Translations under genes and position numbers: made by a program
In this document: positions 7,927-13,052 of the stretch, in pieces
How positions within the stretch are numbered: position 1 is the stretch's first letter
How the letters are laid out: each line of letters opens with the position of its first letter
Notes under the pieces: generated by a model
The model's database searches: none
The model's input: the letters and a program-made list of their open reading frames with translations, nothing else
What the model was told of the DNA's origin: nothing
Assembly (NCBI GenBank): GCA_040905425.1
Contig: JBBDRO010000005.1
Location: 1 to 13,052, forward strand
DNA length: 13,052 bases
DNA from: Gemmatimonadota bacterium
Lineage (GTDB): Bacteria > Gemmatimonadota > Gemmatimonadetes > Longimicrobiales > RSA9
Direction: 5' to 3'

Positions 7927-8667
7927 TCAGGAAACCAGCGTCCCCTTGCTTTCCCCCCTCAGCACGGCGGCCATGGCACCTGGCTCCTGGATGTCCAGCA
8001 CCACCAGCGGCAACCCGTTCTCCCGGCAGAGCGAGACCGCGGCGGCGTCCATCACCCGCAGGTCCTTGGTCAAGACGTCCTGGTAGCTGAGTCGCGGAAT
8101 GAATTCGGCCGTCGGGTCCGTCACGGGGTCGGCCGTGTAGACGCCCTTCACCTTCGTGGCCTTGATGAGCAGGTCCGCGTGCACCTCGACGGCGCGCAAC
8201 ACGGCGGCCGTGTCGGTGGAGAAGTAGGGATTCCCCGTGCCACCCGCGAAGATCACGACCCGCCCCTTCTCGAGGTGGCGGAGCGCCCGGCGGCGAATGT
8301 AGGGCTCGGCCAGCGCCTCCATGCGGATGGCGGTGAGGACGCGAGTCTCCACGCCCTTGCGCTCGAGCAGATCCTGGACAGCCAGGGCATTGATGATGGT
8401 GGCCAGCATGCCCATGTAGTCGGCATTCACCCGATCCATGCCCTCGGCACTGGCGGTGGTGCCGCGCACGATGTTGCCGCCGCCGATCACCAGCCCGATG
8501 GAAGCACCCATGTCGTAGAGGCCTTTGATCTGGTCGGTGAGCGCATCCACCACCGGGGGCGCGATGCCAAAGCCCTGCTGGCCGGCCAGTGCCTCGCCGC
8601 TCAGCTTGAGGACCACTCGCCGGTACTTCAGCGCTGCCGCCTCCGTGCCCGCCTCCGCGCCCGCCAC
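7927..8667 (-). CDS. pyrH: UMP kinase
   Basis: [35 protein letters not shown] and [23 protein letters not shown] start 2 nt after the tsf stop. Confidence 0.97.
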   Translation of the reverse strand: MAGAEAGTEAAALKYRRVVLKLSGEALAGQQGFGIAPPVVDALTDQIKGLYDMGASIGLVIGGGNIVRGTTASAEGMDRVNADYMGMLATIINALAVQDLLERKGVETRVLTAIRMEALAEPYIRRRALRHLEKGRVVIFAGGTGNPYFSTDTAAVLRAVEVHADLLIKATKVKGVYTADPVTDPTAEFIPRLSYQDVLTKDLRVMDAAAVSLCRENGLPLVVLDIQEPGAMAAVLRGESKGTLVS

Positions 8668-8669
8668 GG

Positions 8670-9263
8670 TTACTCGCCCAGTGCGTAACGGGTGAAGCGC
8701 CGCACCACGATGCGCTCGCCCGTCTTGGCAGAGATATCCTCCACCAGTTTGCCGACCGTCTGATCGGGGTTCTTCACGAACGGCTGATCGAGCAGCGTGT
8801 TGTCCTTGAAGAAGCGCTTGAGCTTCCCGTCCACGATCTTCTCGTGCATGTCTTCGGGCTTGCCCTCCTGCTTCACCTGCTCCAGGTAGACACCGCGCTC
8901 GCGCGCCACCAGCCCGGCATCGATCTCCTCGGCGCTCACCGCCAGCGGGGCCGATGCGGCAATGTGCATGGCCAGATCGCGGACCAGGCCCTGGAAGTCA
9001 TCCGTGCGGGCCACGAAATCGGTCTCGCAGTTGACCTCCACCAGCACGCCGATGGTGCCGTTCATGTGGATATAGCTGCCCACCGCACCCTCACTGGTCT
9101 CCTTGCCGGCGCGCTTGGCGGCCTTGGAGGCGCCGCGGGCCCGCAGGAGGTCGATGGCCGCCTCCATGTCCCCGTCGGTCTCGGCCAGGGCTTTCTTGCA
9201 CTCCATCATCCCCGCACCGGTCCGGTCGCGGAGCTCCTTCACCTGCGCTGCACTAATGGCCAT
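8670..9263 (-). CDS. tsf: Elongation factor Ts (short ~197-aa form)
   Basis: [30 protein letters not shown] and LLDQPFVK. Single-subdomain short form as known from e.g. Thermus and cyanobacteria. Confidence 0.97.
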   Translation of the reverse strand: MAISAAQVKELRDRTGAGMMECKKALAETDGDMEAAIDLLRARGASKAAKRAGKETSEGAVGSYIHMNGTIGVLVEVNCETDFVARTDDFQGLVRDLAMHIAASAPLAVSAEEIDAGLVARERGVYLEQVKQEGKPEDMHEKIVDGKLKRFFKDNTLLDQPFVKNPDQTVGKLVEDISAKTGERIVVRRFTRYALGE

Positions 9264-9294
9264 GTTGATTCTTTCCTGTGCTTGTGTCGGTCGT

Positions 9295-9340
9295 GAAAAA
9301 GCGCCGCAGGGCTGCAGGGCATGCAGCGCCGCAGCGCCTT
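9295..9340 (-). terminator. Intrinsic terminator/attenuator-like hairpin between rpsB and tsf
   Basis: Minus strand reads GCGCTGCGGCGCTGCA-TGCCC-TGCAGCCCTGCGGCGC-TTTTTC: a 16-position stem (2 G-U, 1 mismatch), 5-nt loop and U5 tract. Confidence 0.7.
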
Positions 9341-9370
9341 CTCATGCGCTGAGCGTGTGGGCCGCGGCGA

Positions 9371-10288
9371 TCAGCTCTCCTCGCCTCCGGCCTTGCCCTC
9401 GTCGCTGGCGGGCTTGTCCGCCGCCTCGCCCTCGTCACCACCCTCCGTACGGACATTGGCAATGACCTCGGGACGCGGCTTGCGCTTGCGACGCGGGCGC
9501 TTCTTGCGACTGCGATCATCCCCCGACGTCTCCTGGGCCAGTCCGCCCTCGGTGGAGTACGTGGTGGTCTCACCCTGCTCGGAGCGCTTGCGCGCGTCGG
9601 GCGGCAGATCCCGGCGCGCCTGCTCGATGGCGTCCGCGATGGCGCCGCTGATCAGCTGCACGGCGCGAATGGCGTCATCGTTGCCCGGGATGGGGTAGTC
9701 GATGAGGTCCGGATCGGCGTTGGTGTCCGTGATGGCGATCACGGGGATGCCGAGCTTGTTGGCCTCCTTGATGGCGATCGTCTCCTTGCGGGCGTCGACC
9801 ACGAAGAGGGCCCCCGGCAGGCGCGTCATGTCCTTCACGCCGTTCAGGTACTTCTTGAGCTTGTCCTGCTCACGCGTGAGCAGGAGCTGCTCCTTCTTGG
9901 TGTAGAACTCGTAGGCACCTTCCTCGATGCCGCGCTCGAGCTCCTTCAGGCGCCGGATCTGCTTCTTGATCGTGGTGAAGTTGGTGAGCATGCCGCCCAG
10001 CCAGCGCTCCGTGACCCACATGGCGCCGGCGCGCTCCGCCTCCTGCTCGATGATGGGCCGGAGCTGGCGCTTGGTGCAGACGAAGAGGATGCGGTCTCCC
10101 TGGAGAATGAACTCCCGGACCGCGGCCTGTGCTTCCGTGAGGAGCTCGGCCGACTTCTTCAGATCGATGATGTGAATGCCGTTGCGAGCCGCAAAGATGT
10201 ACCGCTTCATCTTCGGGTTCCAACGGCTCTTCTGATGACCGAAGTGTACGCCGGCCTTCAGCAGCTCCGTGACCTGGGTGTCCACCAT
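9371..10288 (-). CDS. rpsB: 30S ribosomal protein uS2 with long charged C-terminal extension
   Basis: [35 protein letters not shown] and [26 protein letters not shown] at 10288 with AGGA upstream. The longer ORF-track start overlaps rpsI and is not real. Confidence 0.97.
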   Translation of the reverse strand: MVDTQVTELLKAGVHFGHQKSRWNPKMKRYIFAARNGIHIIDLKKSAELLTEAQAAVREFILQGDRILFVCTKRQLRPIIEQEAERAGAMWVTERWLGGMLTNFTTIKKQIRRLKELERGIEEGAYEFYTKKEQLLLTREQDKLKKYLNGVKDMTRLPGALFVVDARKETIAIKEANKLGIPVIAITDTNADPDLIDYPIPGNDDAIRAVQLISGAIADAIEQARRDLPPDARKRSEQGETTTYSTEGGLAQETSGDDRSRKKRPRRKRKPRPEVIANVRTEGGDEGEAADKPASDEGKAGGEES

Positions 10289-10308
10289 CCGTGTGTTTCC
10301 TGTAGCTC

Positions 10309-10411
10309 GGGTTTTGTCGGGGAAGGCATCTGCCTCCCGCGCTTCCACCGCCTTCGTCCGGTCGACCGCCCCCGGAGGGGACCCCGGTCGCGCCGTCCAG
10401 CGGTGTGTGTG
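10309..10411 (-). ncRNA. t44 / ribosomal protein S2 leader-like cis-regulatory RNA (rpsB 5' UTR)
   Basis: Minus strand reads CACACACACCGC...GACCGGGGTCCCCTCCGGGGGCGGTC...GCGGTGGAAGC...AAAACCC. These are the same ordered motifs as the E. coli rpsB leader as I recall it (CACACAC, CCGGGGT.CCC..GGGG.CGG, GTGGAGGC, AACCC), including GGGU/ACCC pseudoknot partners. Confidence 0.75.
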
Positions 10412-10442
10412 CTCGGCGCCGCGGCGCCGGCTCGATCGTTGG

Positions 10443-10838
10443 CTAGCGCTTCGAGAACTGGAAGCGCTTGCGGGCGCCCGGCTGACCGGGCTTCTTGCGT
10501 TCCACCTCACGGGCGTCCCGCGTGAGCAGGCCCTTCTGCCGCATGGTGGGCCGCAGTTCCTCGTCATACTTCATGAGCGCGCGGGCCAGCGCCATGCGCG
10601 TGGCCCCCGCCTGCCCCGTCTGACCGCCGCCATTGACGTTGATCTTGATATCGAAGCGACCCTCCGTCTCGGAGGCCACCAGCGGCTCCAGCGCGTGCGT
10701 CTGGTGCGTGGGGCGCGGGAAGTACTCGGCAATGGGCTTGCCGTTCACCAGGACGGTACCCGAACCGGGCTTCATCCAGGCGCGCGCCACGCTCGACTTG
10801 CGACGGCCGAGGCCGTGATACTGGGTCATTTCAGCCAT
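10443..10838 (-). CDS. rpsI: 30S ribosomal protein uS9
   Basis: [26 protein letters not shown] and [28 protein letters not shown]. Confidence 0.98.
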   Translation of the reverse strand: MAEMTQYHGLGRRKSSVARAWMKPGSGTVLVNGKPIAEYFPRPTHQTHALEPLVASETEGRFDIKINVNGGGQTGQAGATRMALARALMKYDEELRPTMRQKGLLTRDAREVERKKPGQPGARKRFQFSKR

Positions 10839-10839
10839 A

Positions 10840-11268
10840 TCAGATCTCTATGGTTTCCGGCTGCTGGGCCTCGTGCGGATGCTCCGGGCCAGCATAGATC
10901 TTGAGCTTCCTCCGCATGAGGCGCCCGAGGTTGTTCTTGGGCAGCATGCCCTTGACCGCCAACTCGATCACCCGCTCGGGATGCTCGGCCAGCATGGTGG
11001 CGTAGGGGATGTGCTTCTCACCCCCCATGTAGCCGCTGTGGCGGAAGTAGGTCTTCTGCTCCGCCTTGCGGCCCGTCAGGCGGACCTTTTCCGCGTTGAC
11101 CACCACGACGAAGTCACCCACGTCCAGATGGGGCGTGAACATGGGCTTGTGCTTGCCACGGAGGAGCTGCGCGATCTCACTGGCCAGTCGGCCGAGGACC
11201 TTGTCCTCCGCGTCGACCAGCAGCCAGCGGCGCTCGATCTCATGGGCTCTGGGCGTATAAGTCTTCAT
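10840..11268 (-). CDS. rplM: 50S ribosomal protein uL13
   Basis: MKTY..., [51 protein letters not shown] and [11 protein letters not shown] at 11268 gives the typical 142 aa. Confidence 0.98.
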   Translation of the reverse strand: MKTYTPRAHEIERRWLLVDAEDKVLGRLASEIAQLLRGKHKPMFTPHLDVGDFVVVVNAEKVRLTGRKAEQKTYFRHSGYMGGEKHIPYATMLAEHPERVIELAVKGMLPKNNLGRLMRRKLKIYAGPEHPHEAQQPETIEI

Positions 11269-11328
11269 CTGCACTCTGTTTGGGCCGCACACGTGCGCGG
11301 CTGCTCGCGTAAAGCGGGACAGCTTTGA

Positions 11329-11357
11329 AGGATATGCCAGGGATGGGGGGCTGTCAA
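11329..11357 (-). promoter_or_regulatory. Sigma70 promoter for the rplM-rpsI-rpsB-... operon
   Basis: Minus strand TTGACA (11357-11352), 17 bp, TATCCT (11334-11329), about 60 bp upstream of the rplM ATG. Confidence 0.75.
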
Positions 11358-11423
11358 GCGTTGGCGGCCGGGTGGATCAGCGGGGTGCAGCGCAGCGCCT
11401 TGCGCCGGGTCCAAGACGCGCTT

Positions 11424-11481
11424 GCCGCCGGACCCCGGACCGGGCCCGCCGCCGGATCCCGGACCGCGCCCGCCGCCGGAC
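11424..11481. repeat. 24-bp GC-rich tandem repeat, ~2.4 copies
   Basis: GCCGCCGGACCCCGGACCGGGCCC (11424-11447), GCCGCCGGATCCCGGACCGCGCCC (11448-11471), GCCGCCGGAC (11472-11481). Confidence 0.8.
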
Positions 11482-11514
11482 TCAGCCTGCCGCACGCCCT
11501 GGATCCGGAACCGT

Positions 11515-11581
11515 GAGTCGTTGCGCCACAACGATTCTTTACTATATTCTATAGAATATAGTCGTTGGGGCACAACAAACC
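11515..11581. other. Composite palindromic site: perfect 22-bp AT-rich palindrome flanked by two AGTCGTTG-N5-CAAC dyad boxes
   Basis: GAGTCGTTG-CGCCA-CAACGATTC (11515-11537); ACTATATTCTATAGAATATAGT (11541-11562, perfect palindrome); TAGTCGTTG-GGGCA-CAACAAACC (11559-11581). Confidence 0.75.
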
Positions 11582-11603
11582 ATGCACGAAAACTCAGGGT
11601 GTC
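11550..11603. repeat. Direct repeat copy 1 (~54 bp), downstream of the lipoprotein gene
   Basis: 47/54 identical by manual alignment to 12998-13051. Identical 24-bp core AATATAGTCGTTGGGGCACAACAA at 11555-11578. Confidence 0.9.
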
Positions 11604-11633
11604 AGGGAAGGTGGCCGCACGGGGGCCCGAGGC

Positions 11634-12875
11634 TCAGTTCGCCGCCCCCACCTCCGCCGTCCCCGTTCCCGCCTCCCGCAGCACCGCCCGTACCACGTAC
11701 GGCACGTCGAGCTCGTCGGTGACCACGGCCCAGACGGTGTCCGCGCGGATGGTAGGGCGGATGGTCGTGCGCATCGACAGATAGGTGGCCGCGGTGCCGG
11801 CGTAGACGCCCTCCGGCTCGTAAATGTCCCACGTGAGCCCGTCGCCTGGTGCGCCCACGCGCACCCAGAGCCGGCCGTCCTCGGCAACCCGCCACCCCTG
11901 CACCACCGGCTTTTCGTCGGGAATCCGCGACCAGTCCAGCTCGGTGTCGAAGCGGTCCCGGAGCGAGGCCACGATGGAATCGCGCTCCGCACCGCGCACG
12001 GGCTGCGGCGGCCGCAGACTCTCGAGCACCAGCGTGGTGTCGCCCGTGAAGGTGGTCCGGGCAAGGCGGTAGTCGTTCACGTCGGGTGCTTTGACCCAGA
12101 AGGCGCCAGAGGGGTCCAAGATCCGGCCGCCGCGCGGCCAGAAGGGCACGCCGGTCATGGCGTAGCCGTTCGCCAGCTCGATGCGGTAGGTGCCTGGCGG
12201 ATCGGGGGCGTTCGGGTCCCGGGTGGGAAGCGCAACCGTATCCACCCACGTGCCGGCGGCATCGAAGCCCTGCAGGATGTCGGTGCGCGTGCCGTCGTCC
12301 CCGATGAGCAGGTTCTCGTCCCAGACCACACCGCGCTCGTCCTCCACGGCCTCCCAGACGAAGCCGTACCTGAACACCTGCAGTGGGTAGGTGCGCACCA
12401 GGCCACTGTCGGGGTGGAAGACGGTGCGGCGGCCGGCGCGCGGGTCATGCACCAGATAGTTGCCCGCCGCCGTGGCGATCATGCCGGTGGCGTCCGTCAG
12501 CTCGCCCGGCCCCCCGCCCTGCCCACCGACCGTGCGCAGCCAGCTGCCGTCGGGCGCGAAGAACCGCACCTCCTGCGCCTGAGCGTCCAGCACGCCGATG
12601 CGCCCCTCCCGGTCCACGGCCACCGCCTTGATCTGTCCGAAGACTTCCGGCCCGGCCCCTTCCACGGCGCCGATGCGCACCTCTTCCACCAGCTCCCACG
12701 TGGGCGCGATCTCCTCGGTGGGGGGCGTGTTCACCACCACCGGGTAGCCGGCGCTGCTGTCCACGCTGACCGCCCAGCCCGTGCCGGCATCGCCACCGCC
12801 GCAGCCCGACAGCGGGGCACCCGCCAAAGCCACCAGCAATGCCAAGCGACCGGTCACGGAAACGGAGCTCCTCAT
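11634..12875 (-). CDS. Lipoprotein with 6-bladed (NHL-like) beta-propeller
   Basis: GGAG RBS 7 nt before ATG 12875. Signal peptide with lipobox LSG-C (Cys25). Blade-like repeats FGQIKAVAVDREGRIGVLD..QEVRFFAPDGSWLRTVGGQGGGPGEL and VAEDGRLWV. C-terminal DELDVPYVVR. Confidence 0.85.
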   Translation of the reverse strand: MRSSVSVTGRLALLVALAGAPLSGCGGGDAGTGWAVSVDSSAGYPVVVNTPPTEEIAPTWELVEEVRIGAVEGAGPEVFGQIKAVAVDREGRIGVLDAQAQEVRFFAPDGSWLRTVGGQGGGPGELTDATGMIATAAGNYLVHDPRAGRRTVFHPDSGLVRTYPLQVFRYGFVWEAVEDERGVVWDENLLIGDDGTRTDILQGFDAAGTWVDTVALPTRDPNAPDPPGTYRIELANGYAMTGVPFWPRGGRILDPSGAFWVKAPDVNDYRLARTTFTGDTTLVLESLRPPQPVRGAERDSIVASLRDRFDTELDWSRIPDEKPVVQGWRVAEDGRLWVRVGAPGDGLTWDIYEPEGVYAGTAATYLSMRTTIRPTIRADTVWAVVTDELDVPYVVRAVLREAGTGTAEVGAAN

Positions 12876-12997
12876 GGTTCTTCTCCGTTGCATGCGACGA
12901 CGCCCCGCCAGCCGCCGGGGCCGCGCACGCGCGCGCGCCGGGAAGCTTCCGGGGGACGTCGCTTGAAAGGGGTCATGCCGCGCGGGCCGTAATACAG

Positions 12998-13051
12998 TAT
13001 ACAATATAGTCGTTGGGGCACAACAACTCATGCGCGAGAACTCAGAGCGTC
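12998..13051. repeat. Direct repeat copy 2 (~54 bp), upstream of the lipoprotein gene; may extend beyond the window edge
   Basis: TATACAATATAGTCGTTGGGGCACAACAACTCATGCGCGAGAACTCAGAGCGTC. Core 13003-13026 is identical to 11555-11578. Confidence 0.9.
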
Positions 13052-13052
13052 C

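Noticed and set aside
11265..11573. 102-aa ORF ending in an ATGA overlap with rplM
   Set aside because: It starts inside the palindromic repeat without an RBS and spans the tandem repeat and the rplM promoter. The TGA arises automatically from ATG-AAG, and the protein is low-complexity.
11520..11576. Canonical integron attC site
   Set aside because: It has an AAC...GTT hairpin flavour, but the flanks (CCACAAC / GTTGGGG) do not match RYYYAAC / GTTRRRY. The AAC-GTT distance is too short, copy 2 lacks the left arm, and no intI is visible.
78..12992. Numerous long antisense or alternate-frame ORFs (e.g. 398..1351-, 4464..5657+, 7237..8688+, 11565..12992+)
   Set aside because: They are shadow ORFs of well-supported genes in GC-rich sequence, with Arg/Pro/Gly-rich or codon-mirror composition and no motifs.
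11541..13026. XerCD dif/pdif sites or NrdR boxes in the AT-rich repeats
   Set aside because: There is no TTATGTTAAAT-like XerD arm with a 6-bp spacer. The NrdR consensus (acaCwAtATaTwGtg) mismatches at key positions and no nrd genes are adjacent.
12876..13031. N-terminal extension of the lipoprotein ORF (465 aa)
   Set aside because: The RBS and lipoprotein signal peptide point to ATG 12875, and the extension runs through the non-coding repeat.
11550..13051. CRISPR array
   Set aside because: Only two copies, separated by 1.4 kb containing a full gene, with no 30-40 bp spacers and no cas genes.

Overview
GC-rich bacterial chromosomal window. Gene order, the long uS2 C-terminal tail and the accessory genes suggest Gemmatimonadota or another FCB-group lineage (inference only). 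The core is a minus-strand housekeeping run: rplM-rpsI-rpsB-tsf-pyrH-frr-uppS-cdsA-dxr-rseP. It has a near-consensus sigma70 promoter before rplM, a t44/S2-leader-like RNA before rpsB and a terminator-like hairpin between rpsB and tsf. Converging from the left are a partial GlmU-like gene, a YycJ/WalJ-like MBL hydrolase, a small membrane/coiled-coil protein, a 168-bp MITE-like element with perfect 22-bp terminal inverted repeats ending in CTAG, and a DUF2975 + YozG-like HTH pair with a tandem palindromic operator. The most unusual feature is at the right. A beta-propeller lipoprotein gene is bracketed by two direct copies of a ~54-bp non-coding sequence (identical 24-bp core, 1448 bp apart). 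Their similarity starts at the centre of a perfect 22-bp AT-rich palindrome, and they carry an AGTCGTTG-N5-CAAC dyad box that occurs three times. This could be a recombinase-mobilised gene cassette or array, or a duplicated repressor-controlled promoter. No recombinase gene is visible in the window.
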